Source: Tetramitus jugosus (taxonomy: Eukaryota > Protista > Heterolobosea). Taken from it: a stretch of 64,000 nt of DNA. Under the pieces are notes generated by a model. It did no database searches and was not told where the DNA came from. It was given only the letters and a program-made list of their open reading frames with translations. This document shows positions 11,473 to 23,074 of this stretch, in pieces. The position numbers and the translations under genes were made by a program. Positions within the stretch are counted from its first letter, which is position 1. Each line of letters begins with the position of its first letter. The DNA lies in the NCBI GenBank assembly GCA_937625935.1, contig OW569368.1, positions 248,001 through 312,000 on the forward strand, given 5' to 3'.

Positions 11473-14262
11473 TTATTTAATGTACTGGTAGTCGTGAGCT
11501 CTGTTGATCAACTCCTTGATGGTTGTCAGAAGAGCTGATGTATACTTGAGATTGGCACTCGAAAATCCTTGTTGCATCCTTTTGTACGTGTCCTGTTGGA
11601 AGATGCGCTCAACCAAATCGAAAAATTCTCTTTGTTCATCTGAGGGAACATGATACAACATGCTCAGTACCATCTTAAGCGTGTTCAAGTCGCAAAGAAG
11701 TTGCTTCATGGCATGATGAGTGAGAATACCTTGCTCGACCATGTGCTTATTCTTGCGTGGCTCGGATGGGCGACGAGAAGGCTTCTTTGAGGCCAGATCA
11801 CGCAGGTATTGACTGTGAACTTTCTGTACGGCATCAACGGTATCACGACAGATGCGATCGAGCCAATACCTGTTCTCATCATCTGACACTGTTTCAGTGA
11901 GTTGATTCACCAACTCTACTAAGTAACCTTCAATGTTTGACATGTACTCACTCGCAACAAATGATTGTATGTCCTCATGTTCATCCTCATCGTCACTGTC
12001 GTCCTCATCGTCAGGAGCATGTGACTCTCTTTGTGACCGTATATTGAACGACCGTAAGGAGTTGGTAATTCTTTGGAAGAGAATCTTGTGAACTAGTTGT
12101 TGAATGGAGTCTAGAATAGAGGCAAAATTCTTGGAGGCGAGGGAGAGGATGGAAAGTTGACCATCTTGCAGATTGCTCAGGAAGGTGAGAGCTTGCTTCA
12201 CTCTTTCATTGTTTTTCTCGACGCTAACAAGAATGTATGGATTCACTAATGCATAGTCATTATTGGCCGTATTGCGAGCATGATGACTGGCTTTCTCGTA
12301 CTTCTTGTTTGTAAATGCGATCAAGGGTTTCGTATCATTCTGCAACTTTGCTCGTAAATCTTTCTCGAAATTGCTCAAGTCAATCATCAAAGTAGTTTTA
12401 ACGACGACATACAGACGAAGCACTTGTTGAGCCAGTGACCAATCCTGTCGTGTGCTGTTGTCCTTGGAAATCACCTTTCCTAAATCAGAGATAAATTGAC
12501 TGAGATAACGACCGAACTGGACAATAACATCATTAATCATCCGAACATATGTCTGTGCATCAATACCACTCGTGAACATTGTAAAGCGATCAACTGATTC
12601 AAGACAAATACTAAACAACTTTTTTGTTGCTTTCTCCAATTCATATTGATAACCATCCTCAAATTTGGAATTGTTGATTACGAACGGTTTCGATACCTCT
12701 CTCACTTGTTGCATCAAATATTCCTTCTCCAATTTATCGACATAGATCATTTGTGCGGCGTTGAAAGGTTTAAATATTGTGTGGAAAATGTGTGCGATCT
12801 GTTCGTGATTTCGAGCAGAGAGCAATGGATCGCTATTCAATATTCTCAACAATTGTTGCGACTTGTCCAACACTGTACTATACTGATTAGACACAAGCTC
12901 AACAACGTTGCCCTTCTCTGCATGGAAATGATAATACTGTTGCAAAATATATTCAATCAGAGAGCAAATGGGTGAGAATATCTTCTCATCCATATGTTTT
13001 TCCGTTCCATTGCTCTCATAATCCACCATGGATGACTCCTGAGCATTCCACTCGATAAATATCTTTCGATAATAATAGGATTCCTGTTGAACAACACTAT
13101 TTAACTCGGTCAAGAACAACTCGAGGTTATTGGTGCTTTTTCTACCATTGGTGGTCGTTGCTCCCCACTCCATCTTTACAATAATCGGATTCAACGCCAA
13201 CCGATCAGGCAAATATTTTTGGAAAATTGATGTCATGTATGACTGTCCAAGCTTGCGAGCCCATCTCATCTCTCTCTTTGCCTTCACAATATCCTTCTTC
13301 TCAATCAAAAACTTCGTAAAACGAGGCCCCATATACTCACTCAACAACACATGTTCATACTTGCTTACATCACTCTTTTGTCGATTGTTCAACACACCGT
13401 ACTGCTCCAAATTAATCAAGCTTTGCTTCACTTGATACAGATGATTCACCATTTCTCTCACTAATAAATCCTCTGGATCATCACTAATGTTAATACGTGT
13501 GTCAAGATTCTTCTGATGGTGATGATGGTCACCAGAAGCAAAAGTCTCATGATGCGACTCATCACTTGGACTCTGATCATCAGAGTGAAACATGATGGAA
13601 TCGTCTGGAGAAGTCACAGTGAACATCTTGTTGGAAGCCATGACCGAATTCATAATTTCATCATCAACCTTGTCCTCGAGTGTCAACCATTCCTCACCTG
13701 TGTTGGCTGCTGCATCTGTTGTTGTTTCTGTTGATGATGATGATGATTGTGGTGGTGGTGGCAGAATCACATTCAACAATTGTCGCTTCTTGAACAACAA
13801 ACTCACATTTTCCAACGATTTGGACAAGTGTTTTGCTTGAACAAGCGTATTCAACACGACTTGTAACTTCATCTTCACTTGATGCAAGCTCTGTAGCCTC
13901 TCTGTCACATAATGTTCACTATTCTCCAAGAGAGTAAACTGATTGACCAAGTAGTGAATCCGCTGATGAAGTTCAAGTGCTTGCTGTGTCATTCGGTCCA
14001 CTTCAATCAATGAACTGGGAATTTTTTTGATGGCAATGTTACAATTGACGTCCAAGTGAGTGTTTACATCTCGGATCAATACTTGTAGTCTTGCGATGGC
14101 ACTTGATGTACTGGATTGAAGCTCTACAATGTTGTTGTTGTTGTTATGTGATGGTGATGATGATGGTGATGATATAGGTGTTGATGATGACTGTTGTTGA
14201 AGAGTGTCATTGATCCATGCCTTGGCATCAAAATCAGGCGAGTTGAACAGTGTCAGATCCAT
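11473..14262 (-). CDS. COG7: Conserved oligomeric Golgi complex subunit 7
   Basis: The N-terminus MDLTLFNSPDFDAKAWIN matches the COG7 start (F..DFD.K.WIN), followed by a coiled coil, a DWS..Q..L.L motif and a C-terminal QL..D...L..VL motif. Confidence 0.8.
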   Translation of the reverse strand: MDLTLFNSPDFDAKAWINDTLQQQSSSTPISSPSSSPSHNNNNNIVELQSSTSSAIARLQVLIRDVNTHLDVNCNIAIKKIPSSLIEVDRMTQQALELHQRIHYLVNQFTLLENSEHYVTERLQSLHQVKMKLQVVLNTLVQAKHLSKSLENVSLLFKKRQLLNVILPPPPQSSSSSTETTTDAAANTGEEWLTLEDKVDDEIMNSVMASNKMFTVTSPDDSIMFHSDDQSPSDESHHETFASGDHHHHQKNLDTRINISDDPEDLLVREMVNHLYQVKQSLINLEQYGVLNNRQKSDVSKYEHVLLSEYMGPRFTKFLIEKKDIVKAKREMRWARKLGQSYMTSIFQKYLPDRLALNPIIVKMEWGATTTNGRKSTNNLELFLTELNSVVQQESYYYRKIFIEWNAQESSMVDYESNGTEKHMDEKIFSPICSLIEYILQQYYHFHAEKGNVVELVSNQYSTVLDKSQQLLRILNSDPLLSARNHEQIAHIFHTIFKPFNAAQMIYVDKLEKEYLMQQVREVSKPFVINNSKFEDGYQYELEKATKKLFSICLESVDRFTMFTSGIDAQTYVRMINDVIVQFGRYLSQFISDLGKVISKDNSTRQDWSLAQQVLRLYVVVKTTLMIDLSNFEKDLRAKLQNDTKPLIAFTNKKYEKASHHARNTANNDYALVNPYILVSVEKNNERVKQALTFLSNLQDGQLSILSLASKNFASILDSIQQLVHKILFQRITNSLRSFNIRSQRESHAPDDEDDSDDEDEHEDIQSFVASEYMSNIEGYLVELVNQLTETVSDDENRYWLDRICRDTVDAVQKVHSQYLRDLASKKPSRRPSEPRKNKHMVEQGILTHHAMKQLLCDLNTLKMVLSMLYHVPSDEQREFFDLVERIFQQDTYKRMQQGFSSANLKYTSALLTTIKELINRAHDYQYIK

Positions 14263-14410
14263 ATGTCAAACAGGTATGATAACGTTGACACAATCTTGTT
14301 GTTGTTTTGCTCTGTTTGTTTTTTTTGGTACTCTTTTTTTGATGATGATTCTCCTTTCGGGTTTTTCAAGCTGCTTGAAAACTCGATCAACAACACAGAT
14401 TCAGAAGCAA

Positions 14411-14818
14411 ATGCCGAATGACAACAACCATACAGCATTGCTGCCAGTACACACAACTACAACGTTGCAATCCAAAAGACAAACACATCGTCGTCACTTG
14501 GTCCCATCTGAACTAAGCTTTATCCAAGCTGTTCAATCAACCTATCCCGCTCATTACACCCTATTCAACAACGAACTGCACTTTTCAAACATGTTGTTGG
14601 CAGATGATCGACTCAAGAATCGAACCATCAAAGTATTGTTTCGTGTGTCCGATTGGATCACCATCACAGTCAAGTACCACGTTCGACCATTTCTCATGCG
14701 GCACATGGCCAAGCTCTATTGGCTCATTCGTTACAAAATTTTATTGGACAATTTCAGGTTGCACACGTATGAAAGAGCTGAGAGGCAAGAGGAGAAGACA
14801 ACAACGAACTCACAGTGA
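14411..14818 (+). CDS. Small hypothetical protein (~135 aa), divergent from COG7
   Basis: Open frame with caaATG context filling the gap between COG7 and TPK. No motif recognised. Confidence 0.5.
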   Translation: MPNDNNHTALLPVHTTTTLQSKRQTHRRHLVPSELSFIQAVQSTYPAHYTLFNNELHFSNMLLADDRLKNRTIKVLFRVSDWITITVKYHVRPFLMRHMAKLYWLIRYKILLDNFRLHTYERAERQEEKTTTNSQ

Positions 14819-14874
14819 AACAAAGAAAGCAACAAATTGTTGAGCTCTAATTGTGTTGTTGAGAATCTCTGATC

Positions 14875-16320
14875 TCATGAAGAAGAAGACAATGAGGAAG
14901 AGGATGAGCTTGTGAGTGGATGTGATGATGGAAGGAGTGGTTTGATTGTCCAATTCCATAGCAACATATCCGATGTGTCCACAATGACATGATTGTTGTG
15001 ATCAAACTCATTGGAAGTGCTCACTAGCCCTCCGAATTGCATTGCTGGTTCCACATTGCTCTTGCTACTACTCTTGTAATTGCAATCTGCTGATGTATCA
15101 CCTGGTGGTGAACCACCATTGTTCCCTGCTTCTGTGGCGCAACACTCTTGTGGTGTACCATTGTTCGTCGTCGTCTGATCCATATGATGATGATCAATGT
15201 TCCATTTGAGACCACTTGTTCTCAAATTCCAAACGGGACCACCCAACGGAATCAATGCACACTTTTTCTTTTCAAACTCCAAGTTTCGCCGTATCGTATG
15301 AACACCTGGTCTCAAAATCGTTGCACAAGTGTACGGCGAAATCATTAATAAACGGTACTCCTCGAAAACAGGGTGACGTTCCTGCTCGGACAGTAATTTC
15401 TGCTGTTGCTGCACAATGTATTGTTCCTTTGTAATTTGATACAGAGCATTCAAATTACACATTTCTTGATCCAATCGTCCACCTCCACCATAAATGAGTA
15501 TCGTGTGCTTTATACTCCTCTGTTGTTTGTGATTCCTAGTAGTACTGGTCGATTGACGATCATGATGATCATCATTCTGATTCAGTGACGATGGTGGTGA
15601 CTGCGATACCAAGTGATGACGATGAATCAAGTATTCCTCTGCTTCCTTCTTCATCAAGAAATGCAGCGCCTTTTGGAGGTCATTGTAGTTTTGATCGGGA
15701 AATTTGAGAATGTTGACTTGTCGATCGGCATAATATTGGAGTACGCTGGGGCGAGCAGAGTCCAAGTCACCACACACAAAATCAGGCATTCTCAGTTGTG
15801 GTTGTTGTTGTTGTTGATGTTGATGATGATAGAGATCATAGAGCTGATTGGCTCCACCATCCGCACAAATAATCGTATGAGACAACTGATAGAGTTGAGT
15901 GAACAATGGATGATTGCAGTAGGCAGTGTTGAGAACGATGAAACTTAGCTTGTCTTCCTGAGTGTGATCAGGGTCCTGTTCCCTATAGAATTGATTGTCA
16001 TGGTGATAATGAAAGTCGTGACTGGAGACAAAGGAGGAATAAGGGTGAAGTTGTTGATGTTGATGGGAGGAGAAGGCAAGTCGAGCAGTGTCGAGCATGT
16101 TGTTGGTCATGGGTTTTCTTGTAATGTTGCTTGTTGTTGTTGTTATTGTAGTTGTTGTTCTTGTGATGGTGATCATATGACATTGTTGCCATTTTCGCGA
16201 GACTGCTCTGATCATACTACTCCTGATTTTTTTTGTGTGAATATTTTGTGATACTCCGGTAACAACAGGAGATGTGTGGACACTCGTGTTGTTGTTTGCA
16301 ACAGGCCAAATCGTGGTCAT
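14875..16320 (-). CDS. TPK1: Thiamine pyrophosphokinase with low-complexity insertions (true start probably downstream of 16320)
   Basis: Motifs ICADGGAN, GDLDS, DQNYNDLQKAL, GGRLDQ, LIPLG, TSGLKWN and FGGLVSTSN. Confidence 0.92.
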   Translation of the reverse strand: MTTIWPVANNNTSVHTSPVVTGVSQNIHTKKIRSSMIRAVSRKWQQCHMITITRTTTTITTTTSNITRKPMTNNMLDTARLAFSSHQHQQLHPYSSFVSSHDFHYHHDNQFYREQDPDHTQEDKLSFIVLNTAYCNHPLFTQLYQLSHTIICADGGANQLYDLYHHQHQQQQQPQLRMPDFVCGDLDSARPSVLQYYADRQVNILKFPDQNYNDLQKALHFLMKKEAEEYLIHRHHLVSQSPPSSLNQNDDHHDRQSTSTTRNHKQQRSIKHTILIYGGGGRLDQEMCNLNALYQITKEQYIVQQQQKLLSEQERHPVFEEYRLLMISPYTCATILRPGVHTIRRNLEFEKKKCALIPLGGPVWNLRTSGLKWNIDHHHMDQTTTNNGTPQECCATEAGNNGGSPPGDTSADCNYKSSSKSNVEPAMQFGGLVSTSNEFDHNNHVIVDTSDMLLWNWTIKPLLPSSHPLTSSSSSSLSSSS

Positions 16321-16328
16321 CCACGTGT

Positions 16329-17288
16329 TTATTCTTGAATGATTTTTGGCATTTCGGTGTTGTTAATCTTTTCAAGGACTTGGATGAGTGCTTGAGTGCC
16401 CAGTTTGCTACCTCCGTGCTGGATCAACATTTCATACATCATCTTTGCAGTGTTCAATCCAGGCAACACAAGACCCAACTTTCTCGATTCATCAAGTGCA
16501 ATTTGCAAGTCCTTGACAAAGTGTTCCACATAGAATCCAGGGTTCATGTCTCTCTTTAGAATTCTTGGTCCATACGAGTTGAGTGAGAAACTGGCAGCAG
16601 CTCCACCACCCACAGCCTGAAGCACCTTTTCCACATTCAATCCGGCCTTGTACGCGTACAGCAATCCCTCACAAACACCAATCATATTGGTGCAGATGAT
16701 GATCTGATTGGCCATTTTGGTGTGTTGACCACAACCAGGTCCGCCCATGTGATTAATGGACTTTCCCATGCAATTCAACAATGGTCTCACAGCCTCCAAT
16801 GCACTCTCCTCTCCACCAATCATCATTGTCAGTGTTGCATTGCGAGCACCAATGTCACCACCACTCACAGGAATGTCCAACGAGTAGACACCTCGCTCAG
16901 ACGCAGCTTGAGCAATCTCGATGGCCAAAGATGGTTCAGATGTTGTCATATCGATCAACACTGATCCTGGCTTCAATCCAGACAAAATTCCACTCTCCCC
17001 GTCCAGAATGACTTGACGAACGTCACTGGGGAAACCGACCATGCAGATCACAACATCACTCTTCTCAGCAACGAGCTTTGGAGTAGCTGCCCATTGTACT
17101 GAGCTGCCCAATGCCAAAATGGGTTGAGCCTTTGATTCCGTTCTTGAGAAGACAGTGAGATCAGTGTAACCAGCGTTGAAGCAGTGCTTGACCATGGATG
17201 TACCCATGACACCTGTGCCGATCCATCCTAATCTAGTACTTCCAGGCTTGAACAATGATGTTATTTGTGGCAATGATAATTTGGACAT
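16329..17288 (-). CDS. 3-hydroxyisobutyrate dehydrogenase / tartronate semialdehyde reductase family NAD(P)-dependent oxidoreductase
   Basis: Rossmann motif GWIGTGVMG, DIPVSGGDIGA, and catalytic Lys in GQHTKMANQ. Confidence 0.92.
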   Translation of the reverse strand: MSKLSLPQITSLFKPGSTRLGWIGTGVMGTSMVKHCFNAGYTDLTVFSRTESKAQPILALGSSVQWAATPKLVAEKSDVVICMVGFPSDVRQVILDGESGILSGLKPGSVLIDMTTSEPSLAIEIAQAASERGVYSLDIPVSGGDIGARNATLTMMIGGEESALEAVRPLLNCMGKSINHMGGPGCGQHTKMANQIIICTNMIGVCEGLLYAYKAGLNVEKVLQAVGGGAAASFSLNSYGPRILKRDMNPGFYVEHFVKDLQIALDESRKLGLVLPGLNTAKMMYEMLIQHGGSKLGTQALIQVLEKINNTEMPKIIQE

Positions 17289-17569
17289 GATGGTGTGTGA
17301 TCGTGCTTTAGTTTGATTTCGTTTGGTTGCTGCCCTTCCGCTCAGTTGTTCTCATTGTTTTTGATCCCCTTGGCGGAGCGGGAAATTGCAATCAAATGGG
17401 TGGTGAGCGGACTACAGAAAATTGGACCTCCGTTCTTGAACTTGTTGGGATCGTTCATGTCGATTGTACTGTGTGAACTGTACTTGTCCGATAGGGGTTC
17501 AAAAGCCCATCCATCATCAGATTTTTAAAGAATTCGGGAGAAAAAACCAAGTCAATAAGAAGACTTAGA

Positions 17570-18779
17570 ATGACGGCCAGCAAGACCGGGAGTCCCCTCC
17601 CTGTCGTTGTTGATAAGAGGTTTTTGGTGGGAGACAAAATTGGAAGTGGTAGCTTTGGTCAAGTGTACACTGGTAGAAACATCAAGACGGGAGATATGGT
17701 GGCGATCAAGATGGAGCACGCAAAGTGCAAATTTCCTCAAGTGCTCTATGAAGGAAAGTTGTACAAAATAGTGGGAGAGAATATTGGTTGGCCGTTGATC
17801 CATTTTGCTGGAGTAATTCCGGGTTATAATGGTATGATTTTGTAGTTTCCTTGAGTTACATAATTGATTGGAGTCAATAGTAACACATCATTTTAATCTC
17901 GATAGTAATGGTGATGGAACAATTAGGTCCTAGTTTAGAGGACTTGTTCGACTTCTGTGGAAGAAAATTTTCATTAAAAACTGTGTTGATATTGGCTGAT
18001 CAGCTCATATCTCGCATCGAGCACTTGCACGAGGTTGGAATAATTCACCGGGATGTATGTTCTCTTGATGGGATGTCAAGTTTTCTTTCATCGAGCGTTT
18101 CAATCCAGTTCTAACTCAAGTTTGTTGTACATTATCAGATAAAACCTGAGAACTTTCTCATGGGAAGAGTTCGAACATCCCATCATGTGTACATTATCGA
18201 TCTAGGTTTAGCTAAACGGTATATTGAAGACAAAACAGGGGAGCACATCCCCTTTGCCAAGGGAAAATCTTTGACTGGAACAGCACGGTACACGTCTGTA
18301 AATAGCCATATGGGATTTGAACAATCGAGGAGAGATGATTTGGAGTCAATAGGTGTAAGTATATTTGACTGCTAACTTGTTCCAGATTCTAGACACTCAC
18401 ATTCATATGATGCAGTATTTACTAGTGTACTTTTTGAGAGGTGCATTGCCATGGCAGGGGTTGCCTGCCACAACCAAGGAACAAAAATATCAGAGAATAA
18501 GTCAGAAAAAGTGCACTACGACCATTGAAGAACTATGTCGAAAGTTACCTCGTATGTATGATTTATCCTATCAAAGACACATACATCCTGTTGACATCTA
18601 ACAATCTCAATCGTCAAAATCTAGCTGAATTCTCTCAATACTTTTCGTACGTGAAGAATTTAAAGTTTACTGAGAGACCAAACTATGATTACCTTCGATT
18701 GATGTTCAGAAGGTTGTTCAATCGGAAATCATACACATTAGATTTCATGTACGACTGGATGCACCTAAGAACAACGTAG
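17570..18779 (+). CDS. CK1: Casein kinase 1, 5 exons (introns 17832-17905, 18055-18138, 18355-18415, 18552-18624)
   Basis: [25 protein letters not shown]|[42 protein letters not shown] and LPWQGL. All four introns are GT-AG and restore the frame. Confidence 0.95.
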
Positions 18780-18974
18780 TTGAACTGTTGAACCCTGGAT
18801 ATATCCTTTTATTTCTCATTGTATCTCAATTATTGAGGAATTGTCATTTTCCTCATGCATTATAGTGTACCTTCTCCTTCTCTCCATTGTATCACTGTCG
18901 AAAAAAGCGGAGTAAAGATTGATGTTTGACAATCCATCAGATTCCTCAATAAACAAACACAACAACAAAAAAAC

Positions 18975-20276
18975 ATGCATGCAGAAGGTCGTTTGCATGA
19001 ACGTTGGCCCGGTAAGATTCAATCCCTTTGCTTTGGTCATTTTATTATCAGTAAAGATGTTACTCGTGTCTTGCCAATGACATTCATGGCCATGATTCTG
19101 CCTCTGCTCATGTTTTCACTGTTTCAGTGGCCCACACTATATCAATACTTCTCGAATGATCAAACCCAAGTAGGAAGCAAAGTATTGATCAATGGACTGT
19201 TGGTGTTGGGATGGTTGTTAGTAGCGTGTATGATGTGGTTGGCATGCAGTATCGTGTTGACTGATCCTGGTATCTATCCTCATCGGTGCATTGTAGAACA
19301 GAGTAGTGATGGTGATGATAGTGTTGGTGACAATGATGATGACAGTACTATTACCAATCAAGGTCGTGTAATGATGAAAGGTGATGACGATGCGGATGGA
19401 GGGAATAGTAATCGTCATGAACGCGTCGAGAATGTGCGTGGAGAAGATTTCGATCATGCTCATGATGATGTTGTTGATATGGGTGATGTTGATGTAGATG
19501 TCAATGTTAATGACAGGGATGACACTGATGATGAACCACTATTGGATCACTTTAATCAAAGTGTCAGACTCACAGAGCTCGGACGAGATCATGATGAATC
19601 AAATGACCATGAACGAACGGAGACAATAGATGAAACGATGACACAGACACCTCCCTTGTTTCAGTTCATGCTGGTCAATGGACACGAAACACGATTCAAA
19701 TATTGTATGGCGTGTCAATTGTATCGACCATTGACAGTTTCTCATTGCAAAAAGTGTAATCACTGTGTCGAGGGGTTTGACCATCATTGTATGTTTCTGG
19801 GACAGTGTATTGGAAGAAGAAATCATGGCACATTCTATCAGTTTATTGTGTTGACATTTGTGTCGCTCGTGCTGTACATTGCTGTCTGTATAAGTCATTT
19901 GGTTATTGTTGGATTAATGTCGAATATACCGATTGCAAGGAAGTTGCACCGAATTTTATTGAGTTCGATCCTGTTATTTTACAGCATTGGTGCTTGTTTG
20001 TTTGTTGGAGCTCTAGTGTTATTGCACTCTTATTTGTTAATCACCGGACAAACAACAGCGCAAGTAGCGAAGCGTTATCGTTTTCCTCATCTCTATCAAT
20101 GTGAACAGCGAATATATGAGCAGAAGGAACCAAAGAATCCTCTCGTTCTCATACTGAAAATTTTGTTGTGTGGTCATATGATGTTTTTATTCATTCCACG
20201 TAGAGTTTGCTTCAGAACGTCGATCCATACATACACTCACAACGTGGTTGAGCTCAATGGACGTAACTATACTTGA
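18975..20276 (+). CDS. DHHC palmitoyltransferase (ERF2/ZDHHC9-like)
   Basis: TDPG, a Cys-rich domain KYCMAC..RP..SHCKKCNHCVEGFDHHCMFLGQCIGRRN, a GQTT motif and 4 TM segments. Confidence 0.93.
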   Translation: MHAEGRLHERWPGKIQSLCFGHFIISKDVTRVLPMTFMAMILPLLMFSLFQWPTLYQYFSNDQTQVGSKVLINGLLVLGWLLVACMMWLACSIVLTDPGIYPHRCIVEQSSDGDDSVGDNDDDSTITNQGRVMMKGDDDADGGNSNRHERVENVRGEDFDHAHDDVVDMGDVDVDVNVNDRDDTDDEPLLDHFNQSVRLTELGRDHDESNDHERTETIDETMTQTPPLFQFMLVNGHETRFKYCMACQLYRPLTVSHCKKCNHCVEGFDHHCMFLGQCIGRRNHGTFYQFIVLTFVSLVLYIAVCISHLVIVGLMSNIPIARKLHRILLSSILLFYSIGACLFVGALVLLHSYLLITGQTTAQVAKRYRFPHLYQCEQRIYEQKEPKNPLVLILKILLCGHMMFLFIPRRVCFRTSIHTYTHNVVELNGRNYT

Positions 20277-20335
20277 AGGAGATGAGATCTGCTCAATCAA
20301 AACAACTGTCAAAAGAAATTGTAATAATTTTTTAT

Positions 20336-22939
20336 CTATACAAGCATCTCTTGTGGAACAACAGGAGGATACTCCTTTGATAATATCCAAGGATGCTGGA
20401 GTAGCTCGTTGATAGTAGGTCGTTTTCTAGGATCGATTTGCAAGCATTGCCTTATAAAATCGATAAATAGTGCGTCGTCACACTTGAGGCGACCCTCGAG
20501 AGTGGTCTTCTTTGGTACAATGAAACTAATATGTCCAGTTTTTCTATTCTTCTCGAATATTTTACCATCCTTTGTGAAGAATTTTGGAGTGAATTGACCC
20601 TTTTCGATCATATCCCTTGGAAACTCTCCGCAGAGTCCAATGACTCGAGCAAGCATAGTTTGGATGGATTTGTTAACAAACAGTACTCTACCTGTCCAAA
20701 GTTCTGCTAGGATACAGCCGAGTGACCACACATCAACCTTCTGATCATACTTGAGACCGAGCACCACTTCAGGTGCGCGGTACGTTCTTGATTGTACGTA
20801 CGAACAAAGATGATCCGTTAAGAAGCAACTGGATCCAAAATCAATAATCTTGACCAGACATCTGCTGTAACTTCGAATGAGAATATTCTCTGGCTTCAAA
20901 TCACAGTGGATGAGGCCTAAAGAATGAATGAATGATAGGCCGTCCAGAACTTGCGTTGTTATTCTCTGTAATCTTGGAATGGTGAAATACAGCTCATCCT
21001 CGTTCTCTCTGTTGTACTTAGAAAATTCATACAAATTATCTCTCAAGAGTTCACAGACCAAGAACAAGTGTTCCTTGTGATAGAAGAAATCGTACAGCTG
21101 TATGACATTGTACTCATCTGCATCACCGCTCGCATTAATATATCGAAGCAATTTGATTTCGTCGAGACTTTGATCGAAGAAGTCTTTGCTGTTCTTGATG
21201 ATTTTAATGCAGACTAATTGGTTGTTCGTTAAATCTACACATTGGACAGCCCTACTAAATGCTGCTGAGCCCAAATACTCCTGAATTAAGTATCTACCTG
21301 CAATTATAGAATCTATTGCTATTGGAAAGTCTTTGGACTCTTCAAATCCTGTCTTGTTTCTCTCATGAATGACTGGTAAGTACATCGTGTCGTACACAAG
21401 AGGTAGTCTTCTTCGTGGTATTGGCTGCTGTGATTCCCAGTCACCATTTTCATTTTCCTCATCCTTGTTCAATCGATCAGATTCTACTCCATCATTTTCT
21501 AAAGGTTTCTCTTCAAAGTGTATCTTTTCTCCTTCGGGGCTCGCTTCCTTGTTTAGTGTGACTTCGTCTGAAGTCTCTGGGTCAAATTCTTGTTCTTCTA
21601 CACTCTCTATTACTTGATCCTCCTCGCTTCCAAACTTTGTTGATACATCCTCGAGTATTTGATCGAGATCAACACAATTGTTTTCCTCAGAATCTGATTC
21701 CTGTCCCTTCTCACCATCATTCTCCATATCACTGTCGAAGTAATCCGAGAAATCCATTTCCTCTGTATCAGAGAAATCCTCTCCGCTCTCTTCATCAAGT
21801 TGTTGATCTGGATACTCCTCTATCTCATCAATCAAGGAATACAAATCTATTGGTACCAGTCGTTGGTTAGACTACTGCACTCCTCAAAGAACAACAAAAA
21901 CCATAAATGACTTACAATGGTCTCTTTTGACAGAAACTCGAACATATCCCCTATCATCCTCATTGTCGTATTCATCAATCAATGGATCATGTTTCAAATG
22001 TCCTTTCTCCTTCTCTAATTTCAATTCTCTTGCCAGAGATTTCAAATCTAATTCTAATTCTCTGACCTTGTAATCATCGAGTCGCACCTGCTCCAATGGA
22101 GCCGAGAGAGATCTTCTCTCCTTCTCGAATTTCATGTTTCTAAAATCATACTCACTACCTTCTTCGCTACTATCATAGTCGTCTTCTCCTTCGTACTCCT
22201 CACTATCAACTAGATCGTTAATGATATGATTCTTTTCTTCATCATCACTGTCATATGTCTGATATTCTTCATGATCCACTACTTGTTTCATCATATCATT
22301 CATCACATCTCGAACTGCTTGATTCGGATTGCCAGCAGCAGCTGTATTCAAGGGAGAAGTTGGAACACTTTGTGGTTCAGACTTAAACTCGTCTTCTGTC
22401 ACTAGAATTGTTGAGTTTCGTGGATGAGCGAAAAGCATTTTCAACAAATGGAATATTGTACTTACGATCGTCTAACTCTTGGTAAGACACGGAGCGATAT
22501 AGTTCCTCTTGACTGTCATTGGGACTGGATTGTAATTGACTCGATGTTTCCTCTTGAATCTCCTCTCGAAAAACAGGTTCATCCAGACCGTTTTCTATCT
22601 CTGTATTGACTGTTTGATGAAATAAATTCACTTCATTCTTTTGTTGCAACTCGAAATTCCCATCAATATCATCGGTATTCCCATGAAATTCTTCATGAGC
22701 TATTTCATCTCTTCTATCTTGGTCACACGTCGGTAGAGAGTAGTTTTCTTCAAGTTCTTCTTGTTGTAGTTGAAACTGTTGAATTTCAGCTAATCATTAC
22801 AAAGAACAGGTGAGTTTTCTTTCTATCAAATGTCGAGAATGATTAGTGCCATACCTAGTTCTTCATAAAGAGCTTTTTCTGTCTTGTAGAGCTCATTATC
22901 TCTCAAAAATCGAATCAACAGAGGTAGTATTGATGACAT
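20336..22939 (-). CDS. DYRK-family kinase of the DYRKP type, 4 exons (introns 22854-22790, 22465-22402, 21915-21847)
   Basis: The kinase domain has YLGSAAFS, KDFFDQSLDEIKLL, HCDLKPENIL, IDFGSSC and YVQSRTYRAPE. The reconstructed exon 1 (MSSILPLLIRFLRDNELYKTEKALYEEL) is a LisH-like start. Confidence 0.9.
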
Positions 22940-23074
22940 GAGCCTTCTGCTTTTCAATCCTCAGCGTTTTTTGTATGTCGATTGTCGGCAGAAATCTCCG
23001 TAACTCCAAGAATCCGTAAAAGGGCGCGAACGACTTGTCGGATAAAAAATCAGTCGACAAAAACAACAACAAAA

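Noticed and set aside
16321-16331. Stop-codon readthrough fusing the dehydrogenase to TPK
   Set aside because: The spacer is 8 nt, so the two ORFs are out of frame.
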